In this document: positions 35,914-46,383 of the stretch, piece by piece
How positions within the stretch are numbered: position 1 is the stretch's first letter
Layout of the letters: each line of letters begins with the position of its first letter
NCBI GenBank assembly: GCA_965242525.1
Contig: OZ251459.1
Location: forward strand, 1,088,001 to 1,152,000
Origin: an uncultured Candidatus Binatia bacterium
GTDB lineage: Bacteria > Desulfobacterota > Binatia > UBA9968 > JAJDTQ01
Reading direction: 5' to 3'
DNA length: 64,000 bases
Notes under the pieces: generated by a model
Told to the model about the DNA's origin: nothing
The model's input: only the letters and a program-made list of their open reading frames with translations
Databases searched by the model: none
Translations under genes and position numbers: made by a program

Positions 35914-37737
35914 ATGCGGGTCCACCGATATACGCAATGGGACGGGTCCCAGGTGGTCCGGTTCCCTACGGCAAACGACCTGCTGCGGCAGTTGTCGGAC
36001 GCGTTCCTCGAGGAAGAGGGGGTGCGCCGTGCGCTCCAGAGCCTCATGCGGCGGGGCTTCGAGTCCGAGGACGGGCGTCGTTCGGTGCAGGGGATGCGGG
36101 ACCTCCTGCGGCAGGCGGAGGAGAAGAAGCAGGAGCTGCTGAACAGGTACTCGCCCGACTCCTTCAAGCTCTCCCCCGAGGAGAGCGAAGCCCTCGCCGA
36201 CAAGTTGAACCGGTTGGCCGAGAAGCTGGAAGCATACCACGAGAAGATGCGCAACTTCATGGAGCGCCTGTCCGGCCGGTACGCCCGGAACATGGACGAG
36301 CTGGCCGAGAGGATGCGCCAGGCCCGGGAACGCTACCGGAAGCTTAGGGAGCGTCTGGGCGAGCAGGTGGAGCAACGCTCCATGGACCGGCCCCAGGACC
36401 TCACGGGACCGGGCGCCCCGGACCTCTCCCAACTGCTGGAGAGGCTGAACCGGCTGCTCGACGACGACGATTTCCTGCAGAACCTCCCCGACATGCTGGA
36501 CGCCGCGGTGGAGGACCTGGACAACCTCCTGGACGGCCTCGATTCGATGAGCGGGCAGGACCTCCAGCGCCTGAGCGAGGCCATGTCCCGGATGGAGCAA
36601 CTCGAACAACTCCTCAACCAGTACCCCTTCCAGGGAAGCCAGCGCATGGGCATGGGGGAAGCGGGGCAGGTGCTGGGGCAGCTACGGGACCTGGAGCAGT
36701 TCCTGCGTTGGGGGCGGCGAGGGCTCGGCGACGTCTCCGACCTCGACCTGGAGGCCATGCGCGAGCTACTCGGGGAGGAAGCCTACGATCAACTCAAGTA
36801 CCTCCAGGGCGTCGAGCAGATGATGGTGGACGCGGGCTACTTGGTGCGCACCGGGAGCGGCGTGAGGATCAGCCCCAGGGGCATGCGCCAGCTCGGCGAC
36901 AAGGCCCTGAAGGAGATATTCCAGCTCATGAACAAGAACCGCTGGGGCCAGCACGCCAGCGCCAGGACCGGCAACCAGGGTATGCGGCTGGAGGAGACCA
37001 AGCGCTACGAGTACGGCAACCCCCTCCACATCGACATCCGCAAGACCCTCATGCAGGCGCTGGAAGAGGGGAGGGGCGGGGTTCCGGTGCGGGTCGAGCC
37101 CGGCGACTTCCAGGTCCATGAGCACGAGTTCTCCACCGACACCGAGACCGTGTTGCTCATCGACGTGAGCTACTCCATGCTGATGAACGAGGCCCTGCAG
37201 GCCGGCAAGAAGGTGGCCCTGGCCCTGAACCGGCTCATCGAGACCAAGTTCCCCCAGGACGTGCTCCACCTGGTGGCCTTCCGCTCCAACGCCAAGGTCA
37301 TCCGCACCGAGGACCTGCCCTCCATCGTGGCCATCACCTACTTCATGGAGCACGGCACCGACATCAAGGAAGCCTTGAGGTTTTCCCGGCAACTTCTCGG
37401 GAACAACCGCTCCACGAACCGCCAGATCATCCTCATCACCGACGGGGAGCCCACCGCCTGCAACGTCGACCGGGGAGGGCGCCTCCACAGCGGCTGGGGT
37501 TCGGCGCTGCTCCACGAACGCATCGTCCGGGAGACCCTGAAGGAGGTGCAGCGCTGCACCCGGAGCGGCATCCGCATCAACACCTTCATGCTGGGGATGG
37601 ACTACTACCGCACGGGCTTCGTCGATCGGCTCACCCGGATGAACACGGGCCGCGTCTTCTACGCCTCTCCCGACCAGATCGGGAACTACATCGTGGTGGA
37701 CTACCTGGCCAACAAGCGCAAACGGCTGCGTCGGTGA
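35914..37737 (+). CDS. VWA domain-containing protein (coiled-coil N-terminus)
   Basis: RYTQWDGSQ start; IDVSYSM MIDAS, LITDGEP. Confidence 0.88.
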   Translation: MRVHRYTQWDGSQVVRFPTANDLLRQLSDAFLEEEGVRRALQSLMRRGFESEDGRRSVQGMRDLLRQAEEKKQELLNRYSPDSFKLSPEESEALADKLNRLAEKLEAYHEKMRNFMERLSGRYARNMDELAERMRQARERYRKLRERLGEQVEQRSMDRPQDLTGPGAPDLSQLLERLNRLLDDDDFLQNLPDMLDAAVEDLDNLLDGLDSMSGQDLQRLSEAMSRMEQLEQLLNQYPFQGSQRMGMGEAGQVLGQLRDLEQFLRWGRRGLGDVSDLDLEAMRELLGEEAYDQLKYLQGVEQMMVDAGYLVRTGSGVRISPRGMRQLGDKALKEIFQLMNKNRWGQHASARTGNQGMRLEETKRYEYGNPLHIDIRKTLMQALEEGRGGVPVRVEPGDFQVHEHEFSTDTETVLLIDVSYSMLMNEALQAGKKVALALNRLIETKFPQDVLHLVAFRSNAKVIRTEDLPSIVAITYFMEHGTDIKEALRFSRQLLGNNRSTNRQIILITDGEPTACNVDRGGRLHSGWGSALLHERIVRETLKEVQRCTRSGIRINTFMLGMDYYRTGFVDRLTRMNTGRVFYASPDQIGNYIVVDYLANKRKRLRR

Positions 37738-37813
37738 CCCGCGCCCCGGGGGCCGTTCCTTCGGACCCGGTGGCCGGTGGCCTGCGAGCGCCCGGTCTGC
37801 TATAAGGGGAACC

Positions 37814-38584
37814 ATGAAGATCATCCCGATTCCGTTGCTCAAGGACAACTACGGCTACCTCCTGGTCTGCGAGAAGACCAATCGGGCGGGCATCGTCGAT
37901 CCTTCCGAGGGAGAGCCGGTCTGGCGCCGGGTACGGGAGGAAGGGGTCGAGCTCACGGCCATCCTCAACACCCACCACCACCGGGACCACACGGGCGGGA
38001 ACGAATACCTGCTCCGGCAGGCCCCGGGTCTGGAGGTGTTCGGGGCCAGGGTGGACGAAGACCGCATCCCGGGCATCACCCGGCTCCTCGAAGAAGGGGA
38101 CGAAGTCCGGGTGGGGGAGGAGCGCGGGACGGTGCTGTTCATCCCCGGCCATACCCGCGGGCACATCGCCTTCGTCTTTCCCGGCAGGCTCTTCAGCGGC
38201 GACGCGCTGTTCGCGGGCGGGTGCGGACGGGTGTTCGAGGGAACCCCGGAGCAGATGACCGCCTCCCTCGGGAAGCTCCGGGGCCTGTCCGGCGACACCC
38301 TGGTCTATTTCGGCCACGAATACACGGAGAAGAACCTCCAGTTCGCCCTGACGGTGGAGCCCAACAACGAGAAGGTCCGCAGCCGGCTGGAGCAGGTCCG
38401 GGAGCTCAGGGCCAGGGACCGGTTCACGGCGCCCTCCATGCTTGCCGACGAGCTCGACACCAACCCGTTCCTCCGCTGGGAGAGCGGCGAGATCCAATCC
38501 GGCCTGTCGGAGCGCTTTCCGGGCATGGGAACCGACCCGGTGTCGGTCTTCGCCAAGGTCCGGGAGCTCAAGGACGCCTATTGA
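37814..38584 (+). CDS. gloB: Hydroxyacylglutathione hydrolase (glyoxalase II)
   Basis: DNYGY, THHHRDHTGG, PGHTRGH, GHEYT, NPFLR. Confidence 0.93.
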   Translation: MKIIPIPLLKDNYGYLLVCEKTNRAGIVDPSEGEPVWRRVREEGVELTAILNTHHHRDHTGGNEYLLRQAPGLEVFGARVDEDRIPGITRLLEEGDEVRVGEERGTVLFIPGHTRGHIAFVFPGRLFSGDALFAGGCGRVFEGTPEQMTASLGKLRGLSGDTLVYFGHEYTEKNLQFALTVEPNNEKVRSRLEQVRELRARDRFTAPSMLADELDTNPFLRWESGEIQSGLSERFPGMGTDPVSVFAKVRELKDAY

Positions 38585-38585
38585 G

Positions 38586-39446
38586 GTGCGGTTCGCCACC
38601 TTGAAGAACGGCAGCGTCGCCGCGGTGACGGGCGACGGAATGGTCATCCTGGACCACGCCTCCATGGCCGACTTGGCCGCCTCCTGCGCAACCGACCGGG
38701 AGGCCGTCGAGCGGGCCGTCTCGGAGAAGGCGCCGGTGAGCCTCGACCCCGGCCAACTCGCCGCTCCGGTGCCCAAGCCTTCCAAGATCTGGGGCGCGGC
38801 CGGCAACTACCGGCGCGGCGGCAAGGCTCTCGACAGCGCCGGCGGGCGAGGGGAGGCCAGGGAAGCCACGCCGGACGAGCTGCTGGAGTCCATCTTCCTC
38901 AAGCCGCCGTCCGCGGTCATCGGTCCCGGCGAGAGCATCGTCATCCCCCCCAACGCCGACACCGTCTTCCCGGAGCTGGAGTTGTGCGTGGTCGTCGGCC
39001 GGGAATGCCGGGGGTTGTCGGAGGAAGAGGCCCTGGACGCGGTGTTCGGCTACAGCGTCATCCTCGACGTCACCGCCCGGGGCTACGGCTCGGGAAAGAA
39101 CCTCATGGGCACCCGCTGCGTGCGCAAGGGCTTCGACACGTTCGCGCCGGTGGGTCCGTGGATCGTCACCCGGGACGAGATACCCGACCCGCAAGCGCTG
39201 GACATGCGGCTGTGGGTTAACGACGACCTGCGGCAGTCCGCCAGCACCCGCGGCATGATCAACGGGGTGGCGCGGCTGGTCAGCTACCTTTCCCATGTGG
39301 GCACCTTGTTCCCCGGCGACCTCATCGCCAGCGGCAACCCGGACGCCCCGGCCTTCCAGAAGCAACTGGCCCCGGGGGACGAGCTCACCGCGGAGATCGA
39401 AGGCGTGGGACAGCTTCGGGTGGGGGTGGCGCGGGCCGCGGGTTGA
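38586..39446 (+). CDS. Fumarylacetoacetate hydrolase family protein
   Basis: FLKPPSAVIGP, ELELCVVVG, DVTAR, KGFDTFAPVGP. Confidence 0.92.
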   Translation: MRFATLKNGSVAAVTGDGMVILDHASMADLAASCATDREAVERAVSEKAPVSLDPGQLAAPVPKPSKIWGAAGNYRRGGKALDSAGGRGEAREATPDELLESIFLKPPSAVIGPGESIVIPPNADTVFPELELCVVVGRECRGLSEEEALDAVFGYSVILDVTARGYGSGKNLMGTRCVRKGFDTFAPVGPWIVTRDEIPDPQALDMRLWVNDDLRQSASTRGMINGVARLVSYLSHVGTLFPGDLIASGNPDAPAFQKQLAPGDELTAEIEGVGQLRVGVARAAG

Positions 39447-39487
39447 CCGGAGCGCCCGGGCCGGTCCCCGCATCGGAGGCGACCCCC

Positions 39488-39967
39488 ATGAGCGAGGCCC
39501 CCGCCTTCCAGGACCAAGGCTCCACCACCGTGTGCTACGGCTGCGGGCCGGCCAACCAACAGGGTCTCCAACTCAAGAGCCGTTGGGACGGGGAGGAAGC
39601 CGTCTGCACCTGGACGGCGCAGCCCCACCACTGCGGCGGCGCGCGCAACGTGGTGAACGGCGGCGTCATCGCAACCCTGCTGGACTGCCACAGCCTCAAC
39701 CTCGCCATCGCCCGGGCCTACCGGGACGAGCAGCGGCCCATCGGCAGCGCCCCCCGGGTCTTCTTCGTCACCGCCAGCATGAACGTGAACTACCGGCGCC
39801 CGACGCCCCTGGGGAAGCCCCTGGAGTTGCGCGCCTCCATCCGCAAGGTGGAAGGACGCAAGACCTTCCTGCGGTGCACCCTCGGTTGCGAACAGGAACT
39901 GTGCGCGGACGCCGAAGTCCTGGCGGTCCGCATCCACCGGGACGAATCGGTGGAGCCCACCCGGTAG
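39488..39967 (+). CDS. PaaI/hotdog thioesterase
   Basis: CYGCG..N..GL, NGGVIATLLDCH, VNYRRPTP. Confidence 0.88.
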   Translation: MSEAPAFQDQGSTTVCYGCGPANQQGLQLKSRWDGEEAVCTWTAQPHHCGGARNVVNGGVIATLLDCHSLNLAIARAYRDEQRPIGSAPRVFFVTASMNVNYRRPTPLGKPLELRASIRKVEGRKTFLRCTLGCEQELCADAEVLAVRIHRDESVEPTR

Positions 39968-40159
39968 CGCCGCGCCTCCCAGCGCAGCCTTTTTGGCGAC
40001 GACGCAGTCCGGGCCGCCATCAGGGCGTCGCGTCTCTCTCTGCGCGGCCTTTTCGATGGCGTGAGGAAATGGCGCCTCCCGTGCGTTTGTGGTAACTGTT
40101 TCAGGATGGGATTCAAGTGCGCTTCGAGTGCGGCAGGGGAGAAACGGAAGGGGATCGTC

Positions 40160-40573
40160 ATGGGGACCATCGTCGTCAACGTGGGCTTGGAGAACGTGGA
40201 AGACCGGGCCGCCTTCAAGCGAGGTCTGTGCGACGAGGCGAGCATCCGCCGCACGGAAGTGGAGGGCGTCGTGGACACGGGCGCCGTCTCGCTGGCGCTG
40301 CCCGAGGACGTCGTGGAACGCCTCGGGTTGGACACGCAGGGAACGGCCGGGGTCACCTATGCGGACGGTCGGAAAGACGAACGCCCGGTGGTCGGCCCCC
40401 TCACCGTATCCGTCGTGGGCCGGAGCATGCACGTGGACGCCATCGTACTGCCCCCTTTCAGCGAAGTCCTTGTGGGCCAGATCGTGCTCGAGTTCCTGGA
40501 CCTCGTTGCGGACAGCCGCAACCGCACCCTCCAACCGCGAATACCGGACTATCCGCTGCTGGACATGAGATAG
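40160..40573 (+). CDS. Clan AA (retropepsin-like) aspartic protease
   Basis: VVDTGAVSLALP, YADGR, LVGQIVLEFLDL. Confidence 0.88.
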   Translation: MGTIVVNVGLENVEDRAAFKRGLCDEASIRRTEVEGVVDTGAVSLALPEDVVERLGLDTQGTAGVTYADGRKDERPVVGPLTVSVVGRSMHVDAIVLPPFSEVLVGQIVLEFLDLVADSRNRTLQPRIPDYPLLDMR

Positions 40574-40592
40574 GGACCTGTCCCGCGCCCGG

Positions 40593-43553
40593 CTACGCGA
40601 GGATCTCGTCTGCGGTGTGAAGGACACGGTAGCGCGCCGGCGACTCGCCGACTTGCAGCGCCTCGAAGTGCGCCTTGCCGCATTCCACCTTGGCCCGTTC
40701 GGCGTTCCGCAAGTCGTCCAGGAAGGCGCTGCCCTTGGTCTCGACCACCAGGTACAGCCGCTCGCCCTTGTCGTCCTCGATGAGCACGGCCCAATCGGGG
40801 TTGTAGGGGCCAAGCGGCGTCGGGACCTGGAACCAGCGGGGCAGCTTCGCATAGACCTTGACCGCGGTGAATTGCTCCAGCCTGGCCGCGAAGGCAGCCT
40901 CGTTGTCCGAGTCGTACACCACATGGTCGTAAACCGACTTCCTTGCCGCCATCGTGTTCTTGAGATAGCCGACCAGCTCTTCGTTTCGGAACAGTTCCTG
41001 GGCGAAGTAGTGTTCGTTGCCGAGCCGCTGGTACTTGATGCCTTCCACCAGGGCCAGGCGCTTGCGGCGGTTGACGGTTTCCGCGGCGACCTCGATGAAC
41101 CTGGTGGGATTGACGGCGAAGTCGTCCAGGCGTCCGCTTTCGATCAGGATGCGGGAGATGCTGCGCCGGGTCAGCCCCGTCCGGTCCTGCAAGTCCGATA
41201 GCAGGTCCGGCAAATCCGTGCCGGAATCGTCAACATACACGGCACCGGCTTCGCGCACTTCTCCCGCCACACCCCCGCGTCCCAGACTCAGGCCGCCCTG
41301 CCGCCATATCAAGCGAGGCCGCGGTATCGGCGGCGCGTCGGCGAGCGCTCGCGAGCAGGATTCGAGCATCCCCTCGTTGTCGAAGCGGACTCGAAAGGTC
41401 GTCCTGTGCTTGATGCGGTCCCAAAGGGCCTGGAACTCGGCGCCGTCCAGCACCGCCTCGCGGGGCTTCACTTGGCGGCGTTCGTCCGCCTGCCTTACCT
41501 TGATGCGGGTCGTGAACCTGCGCAACGTCCGGGTCACGGCTTCGCGCAACGGCTCGAATTCATCCGGCAGGACCACGCCATCGCCGTCCAGTGCTTCCTG
41601 CAACGCATCCAGGGCTTGCCCCTTGCCGTCCAGGTAGCCTTGCGAGACCAGATGATCCCAGAGCCGCTGCGATCGTTCGACGCCCAGAGGTCCGGCCTGG
41701 CCGTCCTCGTCCTCGACCACGATGGACGCGAACGAATGCCGTTCCACCAAACCGAACGGGACACCCGTCTCCTCCTCGATTTCCCGTTGCAGGTTCTCGG
41801 CGAACTCCTCGTAGCTCTCGCGGGCGACGACGGTCAGGGTGTTGACCTCGAACCCGCGCTGCCGTTCGCCCTCCTGGTTGACGCAAAGGCGCAAGCCCCG
41901 GCCGATGGTCTGACGGCGCTCCCGTTCCGTCGAAATGTCCCGCAGGGCGCAGATCTGGAACACGTTGGGATTGTCCCAGCCTTCGCGCAACGCCGAATGC
42001 GAGAAAATGAACTGCAAGGGCTCCTCGAAGCCGAGCAGCCTCTCCTTGTCCCGCATGATGAGACGGTACGCGCGTTCGGCGTTGTCGCGGTTGGCTTGGT
42101 TGTTCTCCTCGGTATCGGTCCAGCCGCCTCGGCGATCGACGGAAAAGTAGCCTTCGTGGGCGTGTTCCGCGGCCTCCTGCACGTCCACGCCCTCGAACAG
42201 CGCCCGGTACTCTGGCCGATTCGCGGCCCGCCGGTACTCGTCCTCGAAGATGCGCGCGTACTCGCCCTTGACGGGGTTGCCGTTGGCGTCGTAGCGCCGG
42301 TAATGCCCCACCTTGTCGATGAAGAAGAGCGTGAGCACCTTGATGCGCTGCGCCCGGAGCCGCATCTCCTTGTCCAGGTGCTCGCGGATCGTCTTGCGCA
42401 TCATCTCCCGGTGAACGGCCACCGGGTCCACGCCGCCGTGGATGTCCCCGGGCCGCATCCAGTGCTCGTCGTCCGGCAGCCGCAGTTCCAGGTACTCGTT
42501 GCCGCGCTGGACGCGGATCTCGCCGATTCGATGACCGCGGTACACCTCGCGGCGCGTCTTCTGCTCCAATTCGTCGCCATCGGTGACCTTCCGCGTGACG
42601 CGCCGCACGCCGCCTCCCGGGGTCGCCGCGTCCACCTCGACTTCGGCCCAGATGACTCCCCGCTGCCGGCGCGTGGCCACCAGGCGGACATAGGGCCGGT
42701 TGTGGTCGTCCGCGACCACTCCCGCGGCTACCTCGATCTGCTTCACCAGCTTGCGCTCGTAAGCGTCCACCGCGTTGAGCCGATAGACCATGTGGTGTTC
42801 GTCCGCGTGGGTGGCCGAGTAGCGCAGGGTGCAGAGCGGGTTCATCATCGCAAGCGCCTGCCGCCCTTGTCCCTTCAAGCCGCCGTCCACGCTTTGCGGC
42901 TCGTCCACGATCAGCACCGGGTTGGTGGCCCGCACCAGGTCGATGGGCTTCTCGCCGCCGGTCTTCTCGTTGGGCTGGTAGATGTTGTTGACGTCGCGCT
43001 TGTTGATGGCGCCGACCGTCACCACCATGACCTGCACTTGCGGGCTGGCGGCGAAGTTCCGAACCTGCCCCAGCTTGGTGGAGTCATATACGAAGTGCTC
43101 GAACGGCGTGCCCGAATACAGGGCGCGGAGGTGCGGCCCCATGATGTCCAGCGACTTGTTGACGCCTTCCTTGATGGCCACAGACGGCGCCACGATGACG
43201 AACTTCGTGAACCCGTACCGATGGTTGAGCTCGAAAATCGTCCGCAGATAGACGTAGGTCTTGCCGGTGCCGGTCTCCATCTCCACCGTGAAGTCGCGGG
43301 ATTCGAGCGACTCCGCCGGCAACAGGCCGTTGCGCAATTGCACTTGCCGAAGGTTGGCCAGCAGCGACTCGTCCGATAGCTGAAGCAGGTTCCCGACGCC
43401 GAGACCGCCTTCCTGGAGTCCCAGTAGCCGGGCCGTGAGGCTGCGGGATACCGTGAACTCCGTGCGGCAGGTCTCCTGGCCCTGGAACAAATCGCGGACG
43501 GCCGCGATGGCGTCCTGTTGATAGTCCAGGTCCGGCTCGAATCGCAGTTTCAT
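40593..43553 (-). CDS. res: Type III R-M restriction subunit (Res, EcoP15I/EcoP1-like), system 2
   Basis: MKLRFEPDLDYQ, METGTGKT, VDEPQ, LREGWDNPNVFQIC, QTIGRGLR, YNPDWA…VETKG. Confidence 0.93.
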   Translation of the reverse strand: MKLRFEPDLDYQQDAIAAVRDLFQGQETCRTEFTVSRSLTARLLGLQEGGLGVGNLLQLSDESLLANLRQVQLRNGLLPAESLESRDFTVEMETGTGKTYVYLRTIFELNHRYGFTKFVIVAPSVAIKEGVNKSLDIMGPHLRALYSGTPFEHFVYDSTKLGQVRNFAASPQVQVMVVTVGAINKRDVNNIYQPNEKTGGEKPIDLVRATNPVLIVDEPQSVDGGLKGQGRQALAMMNPLCTLRYSATHADEHHMVYRLNAVDAYERKLVKQIEVAAGVVADDHNRPYVRLVATRRQRGVIWAEVEVDAATPGGGVRRVTRKVTDGDELEQKTRREVYRGHRIGEIRVQRGNEYLELRLPDDEHWMRPGDIHGGVDPVAVHREMMRKTIREHLDKEMRLRAQRIKVLTLFFIDKVGHYRRYDANGNPVKGEYARIFEDEYRRAANRPEYRALFEGVDVQEAAEHAHEGYFSVDRRGGWTDTEENNQANRDNAERAYRLIMRDKERLLGFEEPLQFIFSHSALREGWDNPNVFQICALRDISTERERRQTIGRGLRLCVNQEGERQRGFEVNTLTVVARESYEEFAENLQREIEEETGVPFGLVERHSFASIVVEDEDGQAGPLGVERSQRLWDHLVSQGYLDGKGQALDALQEALDGDGVVLPDEFEPLREAVTRTLRRFTTRIKVRQADERRQVKPREAVLDGAEFQALWDRIKHRTTFRVRFDNEGMLESCSRALADAPPIPRPRLIWRQGGLSLGRGGVAGEVREAGAVYVDDSGTDLPDLLSDLQDRTGLTRRSISRILIESGRLDDFAVNPTRFIEVAAETVNRRKRLALVEGIKYQRLGNEHYFAQELFRNEELVGYLKNTMAARKSVYDHVVYDSDNEAAFAARLEQFTAVKVYAKLPRWFQVPTPLGPYNPDWAVLIEDDKGERLYLVVETKGSAFLDDLRNAERAKVECGKAHFEALQVGESPARYRVLHTADEILA

Positions 43554-45448
43554 CACAGGCTCCGCACGTCCTTGACGCCGTATTGCCGCAGGACCTCCGT
43601 CATGTTCGCCTTGGCCACGTCGTCCTCGAAGGCGCCGTCCCGGAAGACCACGGAGATGTCTTCCGCCTCCTTCATCTCGTCCCGCCACGCGACGATGCCC
43701 AAGGCCAACTCATCCACTTCGGGGCCTTCGATGGAGTCCGCGAGGCAGGCCACCAAGGCGCCGTCGGCGACGGCGTTGACGCGCTTGCCGGCGATCTCGC
43801 GTTGCTCCACCGGAGCGCAAAGGTCGAAACCGAGCTTGAGCAGCAGCTCGTGGAACAGGTCGTCCTCGCTGCGGTCCGGCTTGATGTGGTCAACGTAGTC
43901 GAGAAGGGATTGGGGCATGTTGGTCCGATCCGGCTCCCATGCCCGGATGTTGGAACTGTCGAGCTTGAACACGCGGAAGCCGAGATCCATCTCTACGGCC
44001 GGCTCCGAACCCAGGAGTGCCGACGTGCGGCGCAGTCTCTCCTTGGTCAGTTCCGACAGATTGTGACGCTTGCCGGCGTTCTCCAGAAACTCGGCGGCCA
44101 TTTGATGTCCGTTGTTGTCTTCGTCAACGGGTTCCGGAAACTGCACCAGGAAATAGCGGCGTTTGCCGCCGTCCTCCACGTTTTGCGCCATGACGGCATG
44201 GCCCGTCGTGCCGGACCCCGCGAAAAAGTCCAGCACGATGGCATCTCTATCGTTGGCGAGTTGCAGCAGATACCGAACGAGGCGGGTCGGCTTGGGTTGC
44301 GGAAACACCTTGTCAGCGCCCAACACCTCCCGAAGCTCCCTGGTGCCTTCCGCATTGAATCCGACGTCCTTGGGGTCGAGAACGGTGTCGGGAGGCACGC
44401 CTTCCTGCACCTCGGCCAGGTAGCGCTTCGCCTTGGGCTCGCCGCGCTCGAACGCTATCCTGTTTTCCCGATCCATTCTTGTGAGCGTGTCGGGCGCGTA
44501 TGCAGGATAGCGTCCCTTGGGCGGCTCCCACACCACGCCGTTCGCGAACTCGTGCCGGTACGGTGTGTAGTAGTTGCGCGCGTGAAGCGGATCGAGTTTG
44601 TAGGGGCCGCGCCCGTCGCCGTCGTCGTGAGGATAGTTCCCGGACTTGTCCTGCGGTTGGCGAATGTACCGCTCTGGCGATTCTTCGAACCACGCCTTGT
44701 TGCGCCCGTACACGAGCAGATAGTCGGCGTGCAGGTTGAAATCCTTGCTCGAATTGCGAACCGTGTGCATGGCGCGCCGCGTCAGGACGGCAAAGCGGTT
44801 CTCCTCGCCCAAAAGCTCGTCCATCATCTTCTGCAGGTTGGAAAGTTCCCCTTGGTCGATGGACACCGCGATGATGCCGTCTTCCCGCAGAAGGGTGTGC
44901 GCGATCTTCAACCGCGGGTACATCATGTTCAACCAGTTCGTATGAAACCGGCCGGAGGTCTCGGTGTTCGAGCATAGCTTGTCGCCGTTGCCGTCGAGCT
45001 GTCCGGTGATCTTGAGGTAGTTCGTTACCCCGTCCCTGTGGTTGTCACGATATACGAAATCCTTGCCGGTGTTGTAGGGCGGGTCAATGTAGATGAGCTT
45101 CACCTGGTTGGTGTAGCTCTTTTGCAACAGCTTGAGCACCTCCAGGTTGTCGCCTTCGATCATCATGTTCTGCGTCGAGTCCCACTCGACGCTCTCCTCG
45201 GGGCATGGGCGCAACGTGCCGGTGCTCGACGTCAGCGCCAATCGGCGGGCGCGGCGCTTGCCGTGCCAGCCAAGGCCGTACTTCTCATCGCTCTCGTCAA
45301 CGGCGTCGCCGAGCAATTCGCGCAGGACGGCGAAATCCACCTTGCCTTCGGTGAACGCTTCCGGGAAGAGGCGAGCCAACTGCGCGATGTTGTCCGCCAC
45401 CAGGTCAGCGGAACGGCTCTCGGGGTCTTCTTCGGTGATTCGCTTCAT
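43553..45448 (-). CDS. mod: Type III R-M methyltransferase (Mod), system 2
   Basis: IEGDNLEVLKLLQKSY, YIDPPYNTG, DFFAGSGTT, DLGFRVFKLDSSN. Confidence 0.93.
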   Translation of the reverse strand: MKRITEEDPESRSADLVADNIAQLARLFPEAFTEGKVDFAVLRELLGDAVDESDEKYGLGWHGKRRARRLALTSSTGTLRPCPEESVEWDSTQNMMIEGDNLEVLKLLQKSYTNQVKLIYIDPPYNTGKDFVYRDNHRDGVTNYLKITGQLDGNGDKLCSNTETSGRFHTNWLNMMYPRLKIAHTLLREDGIIAVSIDQGELSNLQKMMDELLGEENRFAVLTRRAMHTVRNSSKDFNLHADYLLVYGRNKAWFEESPERYIRQPQDKSGNYPHDDGDGRGPYKLDPLHARNYYTPYRHEFANGVVWEPPKGRYPAYAPDTLTRMDRENRIAFERGEPKAKRYLAEVQEGVPPDTVLDPKDVGFNAEGTRELREVLGADKVFPQPKPTRLVRYLLQLANDRDAIVLDFFAGSGTTGHAVMAQNVEDGGKRRYFLVQFPEPVDEDNNGHQMAAEFLENAGKRHNLSELTKERLRRTSALLGSEPAVEMDLGFRVFKLDSSNIRAWEPDRTNMPQSLLDYVDHIKPDRSEDDLFHELLLKLGFDLCAPVEQREIAGKRVNAVADGALVACLADSIEGPEVDELALGIVAWRDEMKEAEDISVVFRDGAFEDDVAKANMTEVLRQYGVKDVRSL

Positions 45449-45529
45449 CGGATACCTCGCTACGCTCGCGGGAACACGGGCTGGCAGGGGCTCCCCAGGT
45501 CAAGGCGACCGACGGCTTGCCTTCGGGCG

Positions 45530-46246
45530 TCACTGGAACGGGTCCCGAGACTTCAGCCTAACGGCATCGGGCCGCAGGTGCAACCAGAAGGACAGCAGCA
45601 GGTAATAGGCAGGGAAGAAGAGCGACGCCTCCGCCAACCCGTAAGGGGGGTCCGGCAGGGAGTACACGACCGTGATGCAGAGCGCGCCCCAGATGGTCCC
45701 CAAGGTGAGGGTGAGTCGCTGCAGGACGGCGTTCCGGCTCGGATACAGGTATCGGACCGGCACGAAGACCATCACCGACAACAGGACGAGCACGAAGGCG
45801 TTGAGCCGGGGGCCGGTGTCCAGCACGAAACAGTAGAAGGCCGCCACGTTCCAGTAGGAGGGGAAACCCAGGAAGAAGTGGTCGGAGGTCTTGGCGTTGG
45901 TTTGCGAGAAGCCGTAGGCGCTCGCCATCAAGGGCAGGCACGCAATCCACGACCCGTAGCCCGCAGGCAGCAGTTCCGCCCGGAGCAGCAGGAAGCAGGG
46001 GACGAAGACGTAGTTGAGGTAGTCCACCACGTCGTCCAGCCGGGCGCCGTCCACCCCCGGCAGCGCTTCCTTCACTCGCGCAGCACGAGCGAGAGTACCG
46101 TCGGTGGCGTCCAGGAGCAGCGCCAAGCCCATGAGCGCCAGGGCCTCGCGGTAACGGCCCTGGGCCACCATCGCCGCGGTGAACAGGGCCACGGCCGCGC
46201 CCAGGGCCGTGTAGAGGTGCACCAGCCAGGCAAGCAACCGCCGCAT
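45530..46246 (-). CDS. pcs: CDP-alcohol phosphatidyltransferase, phosphatidylcholine synthase-like
   Basis: AWLVHLYTA, DATDGTLAR…DG..LDDVVDY, FLGFPSYWN. Confidence 0.8.
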   Translation of the reverse strand: MRRLLAWLVHLYTALGAAVALFTAAMVAQGRYREALALMGLALLLDATDGTLARAARVKEALPGVDGARLDDVVDYLNYVFVPCFLLLRAELLPAGYGSWIACLPLMASAYGFSQTNAKTSDHFFLGFPSYWNVAAFYCFVLDTGPRLNAFVLVLLSVMVFVPVRYLYPSRNAVLQRLTLTLGTIWGALCITVVYSLPDPPYGLAEASLFFPAYYLLLSFWLHLRPDAVRLKSRDPFQ

Positions 46247-46383
46247 GTCGTGTACTCGGGCTTCCGCTTACGGGGTGCGGGAGACTGTCTTCTCCCAGGG
46301 TTTCGGCGCCGACGAGGCCAGACATCCCTCGCCGCGGTTCCGGGCTCGACCCGGAAACCGGGGTTCCCTGCCCGGACCGGTTC

